Shown: in pieces, positions 25,833 through 34,024 of the stretch
How the letters are laid out: every line of letters starts with the position of its first letter
Position numbering within the stretch: the stretch's first letter is position 1
NCBI GenBank assembly: GCA_026388445.1
Contig: JAPLJU010000247.1
Span: 1-34,359, forward strand
Source of the DNA: Deltaproteobacteria bacterium
GTDB taxonomy: Bacteria > Desulfobacterota > Syntrophia > Syntrophales > UBA2192
Direction: 5' to 3'
DNA: 34,359 nt
The notes under the pieces: model-generated
Seen by the model: the letters and a program-made list of their open reading frames with translations, nothing else
Database searches by the model: none
Told to the model about the DNA's origin: nothing
Translations under genes and position numbers: made by a program

Positions 25833-25876
25833 TTGACAGCCGGGGGATGAGTCTATATATTGCTAATTAGCAATAT
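25833..25876 (+). promoter_or_regulatory. Sigma70 promoter plus perfect 20-bp palindromic operator (ArsR-type autoregulation site)
   Basis: TTGACA (25833-25838), a 17-nt spacer, then TATATT (25856-25861). The palindrome ATATTGCTAA|TTAGCAATAT (25857-25876) overlaps the -10 and the first ATG (25875). Confidence 0.6.
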
Positions 25877-26231
25877 GGAGGTCCTCTTGAAAGACTTTAT
25901 CAAGGTCATGAAGGCCCTTTCGGACCCCAACCGGGTCAAAGTGCTCAAGATGCTGCAACACAGGCCTATGTGCGTCTGCGAGATCCAGGCCGCCCTGGAC
26001 ATCGCACAGCCCACGGTTTCCAAGCACCTGAAGGGTCTTGAGGAGGCTGGCCTGGTTCGATGTGAGAAAGATGGTCTCTGGGCGAATTACAATCTGTCTG
26101 ATGGCGCATCCAGCCCGTACACGGCGAGCCTGCTGGGAAACCTGAGACACTGGCTGGATCAGGAGCCGGAGATTGCCGCGCTCATTGATAAGACACAAAA
26201 AATCAGGAGAGAAAATCTTCGAAAGAAATAA
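25875..26231 (+). CDS. arsR: ArsR/SmtB-family metalloregulator (copy 1)
   Basis: LSDPNRVKVLKMLQHRPMCVCEIQAALDIAQPTVSKHLKGLEEAGLV shows a wHTH with a CVC metal site. The start is uncertain: TTG 25860, ATG 25875 or the ATG of MKALSDP. Confidence 0.85.
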   Translation: MEVLLKDFIKVMKALSDPNRVKVLKMLQHRPMCVCEIQAALDIAQPTVSKHLKGLEEAGLVRCEKDGLWANYNLSDGASSPYTASLLGNLRHWLDQEPEIAALIDKTQKIRRENLRKK

Positions 26232-26236
26232 AAGTT

Positions 26237-26256
26237 GTATTGCTAAATGGCACTAT
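26237..26256 (+). promoter_or_regulatory. Second, degenerate copy of the ArsR operator
   Basis: GTATTGCTAA|ATGGCACTAT shares the left half-site ATTGCTAA with the 25857-25876 palindrome and 7/10 of the right half. It lies between arsR and the permease gene. Confidence 0.4.
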
Positions 26257-26319
26257 AAGGATCCGGTGTTTTAGGTTTTTGCGCGTTTTGTTTAATCATT
26301 TACTGTGAAGGAGAAAATC

Positions 26320-27366
26320 ATGATTATGGATTTGATCATCGCCGGATTGCTGGCGATTCAGGACTATGTGGCCACTCACGTGCTGACCTGCCTGATCCCG
26401 GCCTTCATGCTCGCCGGTGGAATGGTTGCCTTCATCAATCAGGAGGCGATCTTGAATCATCTGGGTGCGAAAGTTAACAAGGCGAAATCCTTTTCCCTGG
26501 CGAGTTTCGCCAGCTTCTTCGTAGCCGCCTGCTCCTGCACGGTCATCCCCGTCTCGGCGGGCCTTTACTTCAGCGGTGCCTCCATAGGTGTTGCCTTCAT
26601 CGTCCTCTGGGTCTCACCCTCTGCAAATATTCTGTCTCTCATATACACGGGAAACATCCTGGGCCCTGAAATCGTCGTTGCCCGCGTCATCGCCTCCCTT
26701 TCGATGGCCTTTGTGGTTGGTTGGGTAATGACCCTGGTCTTCCGCAATGAAGTCCGGGAGATTGCTGCACCCACAAATGTCACTGCACAAAACAGCATCA
26801 TCTCGAGGAAACACCTCATCTTTCTTCTTCTCATTACCGCATCCTTGCTACTTCCGAATTACGTTGGCCAGACAGGGCCTTACATTCAAAAGGTCATCAT
26901 CTGGGGGGTTGCGACACTGATTCTGCTGGCCTATGGTCTGAAGGCACTGTCGAAAGAAGAAATAAAGAGCTGGCTGCGGGAGACTTGGTGGTTCATAAAA
27001 CTGATTTTCCCTCTTCTCATCGTGGGTGTTTTTCTCGTGGGGGTCCTGGGAAAACTGTTGCCACCGGATTGGATACAAAAGTGGCTGGGGGGGAATGGTG
27101 TCACGGCATCCTTCATCGCCACCTTCATCGGGGCCGTGAGCTACTTCGCCACGATGACGGAGGCCCCCTTCGTCGACACACTGATGAAACTCGGGATGGG
27201 CAAAGGCCCCGCGCTCGCTTTGCTTTTAACCGGCCCCGGGCTGAGTCTCCCCAACTGGATCGCCATTGCCCGGGTTTTCGGGGTTAAAAAATCATTCGTC
27301 TATGTCATTACCATCATCATCCTGGGAACCTTCGTTGGCTGGTTTTTTGGAAACTTCATTCTTTGA
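26320..27366 (+). CDS. COG0701/DUF318-type permease (ArsP-like)
   Basis: Polytopic membrane protein with the conserved ACSCTVIP motif. AAGGAG lies 6 nt upstream of ATG 26320. It pairs with a small thioredoxin-fold gene, as is common downstream of ArsR. Confidence 0.75.
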   Translation: MIMDLIIAGLLAIQDYVATHVLTCLIPAFMLAGGMVAFINQEAILNHLGAKVNKAKSFSLASFASFFVAACSCTVIPVSAGLYFSGASIGVAFIVLWVSPSANILSLIYTGNILGPEIVVARVIASLSMAFVVGWVMTLVFRNEVREIAAPTNVTAQNSIISRKHLIFLLLITASLLLPNYVGQTGPYIQKVIIWGVATLILLAYGLKALSKEEIKSWLRETWWFIKLIFPLLIVGVFLVGVLGKLLPPDWIQKWLGGNGVTASFIATFIGAVSYFATMTEAPFVDTLMKLGMGKGPALALLLTGPGLSLPNWIAIARVFGVKKSFVYVITIIILGTFVGWFFGNFIL

Positions 27367-27382
27367 GGAAAGGAGTCAGTGT

Positions 27383-27622
27383 ATGAAAATTATAGTTGCA
27401 GGTCCCGGTTGTGCTAGATGTCATGCCACGGAAAAGAACGTCATTGACGCCTGTGCGGCACTCAATCTCGCAGCGGACATCTCCCACGAATTCGATGTGA
27501 AATCTTTTCGGAATCTCGGCGTAAGAGTAACGCCAGCGGTCATCGTGGATGGTAAGATTGCCATCTCGGGCAAGATCCCGACCGTCGATGAACTGAAAAA
27601 GCTCTTTGCCGATATCAAATAA
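27383..27622 (+). CDS. Small thioredoxin-fold 'redox-active disulfide protein 2'-like protein, copy 1
   Basis: 79 aa: MKIIVAGPGCARCHATEKNV...VTPAVIVDGKIAISGKIPTVDELKK. It has a CxxC site, and AGGAG lies upstream. Confidence 0.8.
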   Translation: MKIIVAGPGCARCHATEKNVIDACAALNLAADISHEFDVKSFRNLGVRVTPAVIVDGKIAISGKIPTVDELKKLFADIK

Positions 27623-27761
27623 ATCTCTGTGTTATAGATTGGTTGTGGTCAGGGTTTTCAGATATAAAGATGATGAAGTGTGCCCGAATCTGGTCACTGC
27701 CTTACCAAGGCAAAATAACCAGGATTGTCAGGCCCGATGTCCTTAAAAGTGAGGAATCGAA

Positions 27762-28223
27762 ATGCGAATAGGATGGACACGTTTCTTTCTTCTGCTGTTT
27801 ATTTTATTTTTTGTCTGCGATGTATCCATTGCAGAACAGGCTGTAACAACCGCTAAGAAGGCAAAGGCTGCGCAGAAAACAGAAACAACAGTCATCGCCT
27901 ATTACTTTCACGGAACTTACCGCTGTTATACCTGCACAAAGATCGAAAAGTATTCACGGGAAGCGATCGAAACATATTTTGCCGACGATTTAAAAAGCGG
28001 CAAGCTCGAATTTCGCTCCGTCAACGTGGATGATCCTGCCAACCGGCATTTCATTCAGGACTACCAGCTCCACACTCGTTCGCTGGTTCTGGCTCTTTAC
28101 CGCAACAATCAGCAACAGAAATGGAAGAACCTGAAAGACGTCTGGCAATTGATACGGGACCAGGACCGATTTTACCAGTACGTCAAGAGTGAAACGACGC
28201 AGTTCCTGGAGGAGGCAAAATAG
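27762..28223 (+). CDS. Secreted thioredoxin-like CxxC protein (resembles proteins annotated as ArsF family)
   Basis: Signal peptide MRIGWTRFFLLLFILFFVCDVSIAEQ, then YYFHGTYRCYTCTKIE (CxxC). It is immediately followed by, and translationally coupled to, a DsbD/CcdA-like gene. Confidence 0.6.
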   Translation: MRIGWTRFFLLLFILFFVCDVSIAEQAVTTAKKAKAAQKTETTVIAYYFHGTYRCYTCTKIEKYSREAIETYFADDLKSGKLEFRSVNVDDPANRHFIQDYQLHTRSLVLALYRNNQQQKWKNLKDVWQLIRDQDRFYQYVKSETTQFLEEAK

Positions 28224-28922
28224 GTGGACCTCTCTCTTACGGCAGTGACTGCACTGTGGCTGGGCATTCTCTGCTCCATCAGCCCCTGCCCTCTGGCAAC
28301 GAATGTGGCCGCCATATCCTTCGTTTCTTTCCATGTGACGAACAGGAAACGGGTGCTCCTCTCGGGCGTTCTATACACCCTGGGTAGAAGCACCGTTTAC
28401 GTGGTGATAAGCATTCTTGTTGTGCAGGCCATGGTTAATACTCCCCTGTTGTCGAATTTTCTGCAAAACGATTTCAACAAAATCATGGGGATCCTTCTGA
28501 TCCTGGTAGGTCTCATTCTACTGGATATATGGAAAATCAACTTGCCCGGTTTCTCCCCGTCTCAGGGGCTTCAGGAACGGCTGGACCGCTCAGGCGTGAT
28601 CGGGTCGTTTTTCCTGGGCGGCCTCTTCGCGCTGGCCTTCTGCCCCGTGTCGGCGGCATTATTCTTCGGGAGTCTCATCCCTCTGGCAGTCCAGGCAAGA
28701 TCCGGCATCGGCTACCCTCTTGTTTTCGGCATCGGCACGGCGCTTCCCGTCATGGTCTTTGCCGTCCTGATCGCCTTGGGCTCCCGGTATGTGACAAGAA
28801 TCTACCACGGGATTACACGGATTGAAGTCTTTGCCAAGAGGGCTACAGGAGTCATTTTCATCGTGATCGGCCTTTATTACGTGTTGACCTACATTTTTGA
28901 GATCCCCATAGAAATCCTATGA
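28224..28922 (+). CDS. DsbD/CcdA-family transmembrane thiol-disulfide electron transporter (ArsG-family-like)
   Basis: About six predicted TM helices with the two hallmark Pro-Cys motifs, CSISPCPL and AFCPVS. The start is GTG 28224, directly after the upstream TAG. Confidence 0.7.
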   Translation: MDLSLTAVTALWLGILCSISPCPLATNVAAISFVSFHVTNRKRVLLSGVLYTLGRSTVYVVISILVVQAMVNTPLLSNFLQNDFNKIMGILLILVGLILLDIWKINLPGFSPSQGLQERLDRSGVIGSFFLGGLFALAFCPVSAALFFGSLIPLAVQARSGIGYPLVFGIGTALPVMVFAVLIALGSRYVTRIYHGITRIEVFAKRATGVIFIVIGLYYVLTYIFEIPIEIL

Positions 28923-28939
28923 TACAGGCGGTGTAAGGT

Positions 28940-29179
28940 ATGAAGATCCAGGTATGCGGACCCGGCTGCGCCAGGTGCAATGCGACGGAAAAGAATGTCA
29001 TCGAGGCCTGCGCCCAGATGAATCTTCCCGCTGAAATTACGCATGTTCATGACATGCTGAAGTACGCCACGTTGGGTATCCGGGTCACGCCGGCTGTCGT
29101 TGTGGATGGCAGGATCGTCGTCTCTGGAAAGATTCCGACGGTGGAGGAACTGAAGAAAATCCTTTCCGGCATAAAATAA
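28940..29179 (+). CDS. Small thioredoxin-fold 'redox-active disulfide protein 2'-like protein, copy 2
   Basis: 79 aa: MKIQVCGPGCARCNATEKNV...VTPAVVVDGRIVVSGKIPTVEELKK. It is a paralog of 27383-27622. Confidence 0.8.
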   Translation: MKIQVCGPGCARCNATEKNVIEACAQMNLPAEITHVHDMLKYATLGIRVTPAVVVDGRIVVSGKIPTVEELKKILSGIK

Positions 29180-29273
29180 GACATCCTGCACACGCAGCAG
29201 CGGAATTCCCTCTGACAGGAGAATTTTTACCATGCTCTGTCTGAAAGTTTAGAACACACTAAGAGAATCGGCC

Positions 29274-30014
29274 ATGACAACCACTGCCATCGTGATGACC
29301 TCCGGCCTGTTCATTCTTGCCATCGCCTCGGGGATGCTGGGGCTGGGGGTGGCCTTTTCCGCCGTTCCCTTCCTGGCGCTTTTTCTCCCCGATCTCGTTC
29401 ACCAGGTACAGCCGCTTAGCCTCCTTCTCAACGGCATCACGGCCCTCTTCGCCGTCTTCGGATTCGCCCAGAGCGGTTTTGTGGACTGGAAAAAGGCAAT
29501 CACTCTCGCCATAGTAACGACTCTGACGGCGCCCTTCGGCGCCTGGCTCGTCCAGCATGTGGCGCAGTTTTATGTCTGGTTTGCCTACCTGGCCTCGGTT
29601 CTTTACCTGTCCTACAGACTCTTCAGGCCGGTAAAAGAACGGCCCGGGGATGAAAACTTCAAGTTGGCCCTGATCCTTGCCGTACCCATCTCCGTCCTGA
29701 GTGGGTTTCTGGGCATCGGTCCGGGCTTTCTCCTTATGCCCACACTCATCCTCGTCGGATTCAATGCCAAGAAGGCTGCAGGAATCAACGCCTTCGCCGT
29801 TTGCCCACCCTCCTTTTCGTCGTTAATTCCACACATAGGCACAGCCCAGTGGGATATGTCCATAGCGATTCCCCTGCTTCTCGCAGGTGCCATAGGTTCA
29901 TTTATCGGCGCACGGATCACGAGCCTCTACGTGCCGAGCGGGAGGATCCGTCAGTTCTTCGGCATTCTCATCGTTATCATGACGGCGTACAAAATCTATA
30001 CTCTGGTTCATTGA
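29274..30014 (+). CDS. TauE/SafE (DUF81) family anion exporter
   Basis: 246 aa and polytopic, with an internally repeated pattern (GMLGLGVAFSAVPFL / GFLGIGPGFLLMPTL) and GAIGSFIGARIT. Confidence 0.7.
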   Translation: MTTTAIVMTSGLFILAIASGMLGLGVAFSAVPFLALFLPDLVHQVQPLSLLLNGITALFAVFGFAQSGFVDWKKAITLAIVTTLTAPFGAWLVQHVAQFYVWFAYLASVLYLSYRLFRPVKERPGDENFKLALILAVPISVLSGFLGIGPGFLLMPTLILVGFNAKKAAGINAFAVCPPSFSSLIPHIGTAQWDMSIAIPLLLAGAIGSFIGARITSLYVPSGRIRQFFGILIVIMTAYKIYTLVH

Positions 30015-30127
30015 ATCCATGGCATGAATCCGGAACAATCACCGGCTCCTACCCGCGGCATGCCGCGGGGAATGCGCCCGCAGAGTGCCACAAAACCCGC
30101 CGAAGTTCCCTTTCCATACATTTTTCC

Positions 30128-30182
30128 TTGACAAGATCGCTTTAGTGACTATCATATGCACAGAATTGAATATGTGAATATG
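30128..30182 (+). promoter_or_regulatory. Sigma70 promoter and imperfect inverted repeat upstream of the second arsR
   Basis: TTGACA (30128-30133), a 16-nt spacer, then TATCAT (30150-30155). The inverted repeat CATATGCACA (30153-30162) / TGTGAATATG (30173-30182) matches 9/10 and sits between the -10 and the ATG at 30188. Confidence 0.5.
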
Positions 30183-30187
30183 AAGAA

Positions 30188-30646
30188 ATGGACGACTTCG
30201 TAGAACAATTGAAAGCATTGGGGGATGAAACCCGAATTAAAATTATTAGGCTTTTGAGCGAGGCCAAGGTAGACCTCTGCGTTTGTGAGATCATGGATGC
30301 CATTGAGGACAGCCATTGCAACATCTCACGTCACCTAAAAATCCTTAAAACAGCCAAACTTGTTAAAGAAAGCAAACAGGGGAAATGGGTCTACTTCAGT
30401 CTGGCTACTCCTAAAGACCCGTTTCATGAATCCGTTCTTCATGCCGTTTCGAGCATAATGGACGAGCATTTCTTCAATGATTCCAAAAGATTGAAGTTGA
30501 GATTATCCCTGAGAGAAAAAGAGAAGTGCGTCGATGGTCTGAAGAGCGAAAAGTGGGCCCGAGCATTAGAGTTGTTGGCGACAATGGTTCCAAGGCCTGA
30601 TGATAAAAATAAAAAACGGGAGAAAAGTTATTATGGGGAAAAATGA
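30188..30646 (+). CDS. arsR: ArsR/SmtB-family metalloregulator (copy 2, with ~50-aa C-terminal extension)
   Basis: LGDETRIKIIRLLSEAKVDLCVCEIMDAIEDSHCNISRHLKILKTAKLV shows a wHTH with a CVC motif. Confidence 0.85.
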   Translation: MDDFVEQLKALGDETRIKIIRLLSEAKVDLCVCEIMDAIEDSHCNISRHLKILKTAKLVKESKQGKWVYFSLATPKDPFHESVLHAVSSIMDEHFFNDSKRLKLRLSLREKEKCVDGLKSEKWARALELLATMVPRPDDKNKKREKSYYGEK

Positions 30647-30965
30647 GTTGATCATTTATGAGGGTGCAATGTGCTGTTCGACCGGCGTATGCGGGCCCGA
30701 GCCGGACCGGGAACTGATAGAGTTTAACGAAACCGTAAAGAAATTTCAAAGCCAGTACAACGGGCAGTTAAATATCATCCGGGCAAGCCTGGCTTTCAAC
30801 AGCCTCATGTTTTTTGCCAATAAGGAAGTCTTTCAGATGGTAAGGGAAAACGGCGGGGCAATATTGCCCATCACAGCCATCAACGGCGAAATCGTCGCCA
30901 AGAAAAGATATCTCAAGTACGACGAATTAAAAAAGAATTTAGAGGAGAGAATGATTCATGATTAA
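30633..30965 (+). CDS. arsD: Arsenic metallochaperone / weak repressor ArsD
   Basis: MGKNELIIYEGAMCCSTGVCGPEPDRELIEFNETVKKF carries the ArsD Cys12-Cys13-Cys18-type motif. It overlaps the arsR stop by 14 nt and the arsA start by 8 nt. Confidence 0.85.
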   Translation: MGKNELIIYEGAMCCSTGVCGPEPDRELIEFNETVKKFQSQYNGQLNIIRASLAFNSLMFFANKEVFQMVRENGGAILPITAINGEIVAKKRYLKYDELKKNLEERMIHD

Positions 30966-32666
30966 GGACGTCGTTGTTCCTAAAACGAAGGAAGTCAAAT
31001 TCATCTTTTTCAGCGGAAAGGGCGGTGTTGGTAAGAGCACGATGAGCTGTGCGACGGCCGTGTGGCTGGCTAAAAAGGGGTATAAAACCCTCCTCGTCAC
31101 AACGGATCCCGCACCGAATCTCTCTGACATATTCAGCCAGACGATTGGACATCACATCACACCGATCCACGGCATCGAGAGCCTCTTTGCCATCGAGATT
31201 GATCCTGATGAGGCCTCGGAGGAATACCGGGAGAGGATTGTGGGCCCTCTGAGAGAACTTCTAGATGAAAAGAATCTACAGGTCACCAGAGAACAACTGA
31301 ACAGCCCCTGCGTGGAGGAGGTGGCGGCCTTTGACAAGTTCATCGAGTTCATGGATGACCCGCAGTATGACGTCGTGATCTTCGATACGGCGCCGACGGG
31401 ACACACGATCCGGCTCCTGGAGCTCCCGAGCGGATGGACCGAGACCCTGGCGGGCAACAGCGCGACCTGCATCGGGCCGGGCGCCTCCCTTCAGAGCGCG
31501 AAGGCAAAATACGAAAAGGCGATTTCCTATCTTCAGGACCGGAATAAAACCTCTTTTGTCTTCGTCCTGAAGCCCGAGAACTTATCCATCGTGGAGACGA
31601 AGCGGAGCTTCGAAGAGCTGTCGAAGCTTGGGATTGAGACGAGCCTCCTGATCGTCAACGGGATCCTGCCCGCGGAGGCGATCACCGATGACTTTTTCCG
31701 GCACAAGAAAACGGAGGAGGAAAAGATCGTAGAAAGAATCAATCGCGAACTTTCCTCGTTGCCGAAGATTTATTATCCGCTTCAAGACCAGGAGGTATCG
31801 GGCATTGATCTTTTGAACGCCGTGGGCCGGTTGATCTACGACGGCAAAGAGGAGAAGAGGAAAGCCCGGCCCCGCGAGGAATCCGCCTGGACGCTAGGAC
31901 GGACGCATCAAAGAAATGATTTGTGCGGCAGCCTGTTTGTGCCTTCAAACGGCTCCCGTTATCTCTTCTTCACCGGAAAGGGCGGCGTCGGAAAGAGCAC
32001 CATCGCCTCCACGACCTCCGTCTGCATGGCGCAGCGCGGATTCAAGACCCTCATCGTGACGACCGACCCGGCCTCTCATCAAAGGACCAGAGTGAGGAAA
32101 CGAAGAAATCCGTTGAGGAGGATCTCAATTCCCCCTGCGCCGAAGAAATGGCCGCCTTCGAGCGCTTCATGAGCTACTTCAAGACAAACGGATTCAACAT
32201 CACCATCTTCGATACGGCCCCGACGGGTCACACCCTGAGATTGCTGGAACTTCCTACGGATTGGAAGGGATTCATCGACCTGGGTACGTTGACGAAGCAG
32301 ACGTCGGAGGAGACGACAAACAAATATGCCGACGTCATCGAGAAGATGAAAAATCCGGCCAAGAGCTCCTTCGTCTTCGTCATGTACCCCGAGTACACAC
32401 CCATGATTGAGGCCTGGAGGGCCGCCGAAGAGCTGAAGAAACAGGTCGGCATCGAAACGGCGGCGGTTGCCGTAAACTATATTCTACCGGACCATTCCGG
32501 TGAAAATTCCTTCTTTCATAACAGAAGGAGACAGCAGGAGAAGTACATCTCCGAGATTGAAGACAGATTCAACAAGCCGATGATGCTCATTCCGCTTCTT
32601 GAACGGGAGCCGAAGGGGCTCGAGGATCTGATAGCGCTGGGCCAGGAGGTGTGCGGTGGCGTTTGA
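30958..32666 (+). pseudogene. arsA: Arsenite-stimulated ATPase ArsA, disrupted in the A2 half (internal deletion plus frame change near 32079)
   Basis: The A1 half is intact: GKGGVGKSTMSCATAVWLA, NSPCVEEVAAFDKF, DTAPTGHTIRLLELP and ATCIGPG. A2 starts normally (FFTGKGGVGKSTIASTTSV...VTTDPASH). The frame is then lost, and the homologous sequence resumes in another frame at EEDLNSPCAEEMAAFERF...DTAPTGHTLRLLELP. The track shows two overlapping ORFs, 30958-32172 and 31923-32666. Confidence 0.75.
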
Positions 32667-32693
32667 TTTTCGTATGGAACGGAGGAGAAGACC

Positions 32694-33014
32694 ATGAACG
32701 TTGTGAGGATATTTACCGCATCCCTGCAGTTCCCCTGCGGGCCGGGGACGACCTGCTGCTCGATAGGACAGAGCGAGGAATACGTAAAAGCCCTTGTTTC
32801 CGCCATGGAAGGCCTTGGGGTATCCGTGAAGGTTCATCCCATCGAAAAGGATAACGACCTCGGAGCCCGGTTCCCCGATGCCGGAAAAATGCTGGAGGAA
32901 TTCGGCCCGGGGATTACGCCGATTCTGAGCTTCAATGACGAACTTGTGGCCATGGGGGTACCGACGATTGAAGAAGCCGTGTCCATGATCAAAGAGAGAA
33001 TAAATCAGTCTTAG
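32694..33014 (+). CDS. Small ArsD-like/thioredoxin-fold Cys protein
   Basis: 106 aa. LQFPCGPGTTCCSIG echoes ArsD AMCCSTGVCG. PILSFNDELVAMGVPTIEE echoes ArsD PITAINGEIVAKKRYLKYDE. Confidence 0.55.
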   Translation: MNVVRIFTASLQFPCGPGTTCCSIGQSEEYVKALVSAMEGLGVSVKVHPIEKDNDLGARFPDAGKMLEEFGPGITPILSFNDELVAMGVPTIEEAVSMIKERINQS

Positions 33015-33027
33015 AGGAGATGATGAT

Positions 33028-33243
33028 ATGCCCACATATGAATATGTTTGTATGGAGTGCAGGGAAAAAACAGACGTGTTTGCATCCATTGCAGAGAAGG
33101 AGAAGTGGCTGAAATTAAAATGCCCCAAGTGCGGAGGCAAGAAGATGGTCCAGTTCTTCGGACGAATGAATGTCATGGGTTCCAGAGGAGACATGGGGGG
33201 CTTTTCGGGATGCGGCCCTCAGTCGGGAGCGGGTTGCTGCTAA
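33028..33243 (+). CDS. FmdB-family zinc-ribbon protein (CxxC...CxxC) with a Gly/Ser/Cys tail
   Basis: MPTYEYVCMECREKTDVF...LKCPKCGGKKMVQ...GCGPQSGAGCC. Confidence 0.8.
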   Translation: MPTYEYVCMECREKTDVFASIAEKEKWLKLKCPKCGGKKMVQFFGRMNVMGSRGDMGGFSGCGPQSGAGCC

Positions 33244-33300
33244 AACGGCAGAATGATGATTGTTTATAAAGGTGAACCCTGGAAGGAGCTGAATATCAGA

Positions 33301-33681
33301 ATGGAAAGTGTAACGAGAAAAGAGGTCATGAGAGTGGCCAAGGATTTTGGCGCAGCCTTGTTTGAGTCTAAGGAGCACAAAGCCCTTAAACAGGCCGAGG
33401 CGGCTTTCAGAAACAATAAGGAGGCCCGTAGTCTTCTTTCAGATTATCAACTCCGTCAACGGGTTGTACAGATGGCGCGCATGAGGGGAGCAGGGGTGCC
33501 GGAAGAGGAAATGACCGCACTTAATAAGCTGGAGGCAAAGGTCAAATCCGATGCTCTAATTAAGAATCTTATAGAGAGGCGCGAGAAATTTCAGGAGAAA
33601 ATGAGAACCCTGAATACGGAAATATCCGGCTTGCTTGGGATCGATTTTTCAGCAAATTCAAGCACCGGTGGCTGCTGTTAG
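33301..33681 (+). CDS. YlbF/YmcA-like (Com_YlbF family) protein ending in GGCC
   Basis: MESVTRKEVMRVAKDFGAALFESKEHKALKQAEAAFRNNKEARSLLSDYQ...ISGLLGIDFSANSSTGGCC is helical with the family's typical GIDF-(x)n-Cys tail. The start is set at ATG 33301. Confidence 0.65.
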   Translation: MESVTRKEVMRVAKDFGAALFESKEHKALKQAEAAFRNNKEARSLLSDYQLRQRVVQMARMRGAGVPEEEMTALNKLEAKVKSDALIKNLIERREKFQEKMRTLNTEISGLLGIDFSANSSTGGCC

Positions 33682-33696
33682 AAAGGAAGGGGCGAT

Positions 33697-33991
33697 ATGG
33701 AAACAACAAGGCCGTCTTCTCTGGTTGAAAAGGCGAGAGCATTTGCGAAAACCTTGGCATCATCGCAGGAACTGGAAGAATACTATTCCTTGCAGGATAA
33801 AAGGGGCACATGATGATCTATATGTAAAGATCGAGGCGCTTCAGGACAAAATTCGCGCCAGTGATACCATCATGAACTGGATGCGGGCGGAGCAAATCGC
33901 CATCGGTCTAATCCAGGAGGCAAACGAAGCCATTTCCGGGGCGGCTGGTTTTGACTTCGGACAGAACGCATCGACCAATGGCGGTTGCTGA
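33697..33991 (+). pseudogene. Second YlbF/YmcA-like gene, frame broken at an A4G4 run (33799-33806)
   Basis: ATG 33697 after GAAAGGAAGGGG gives METTRPSSLVEKARAFAKTLASSQELEEYYSLQDKRGT*. The homologous remainder, AHDDLYVKIEALQDKIRAS...ISGAAGFDFGQNASTNGGC*, continues in another frame to 33991. Confidence 0.6.
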
Positions 33992-34024
33992 TCGTCCGGG
34001 CACACGGCAGAGAGGTAGCCCCTG

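Noticed and set aside
30052-30069. Perfect 18-bp palindrome CCCGCGGCATGCCGCGGG after the TauE gene, considered as an intrinsic terminator
   Set aside because: No U-tract follows on either strand. It may still be a hairpin or a binding site, but the evidence is too thin to call a terminator.
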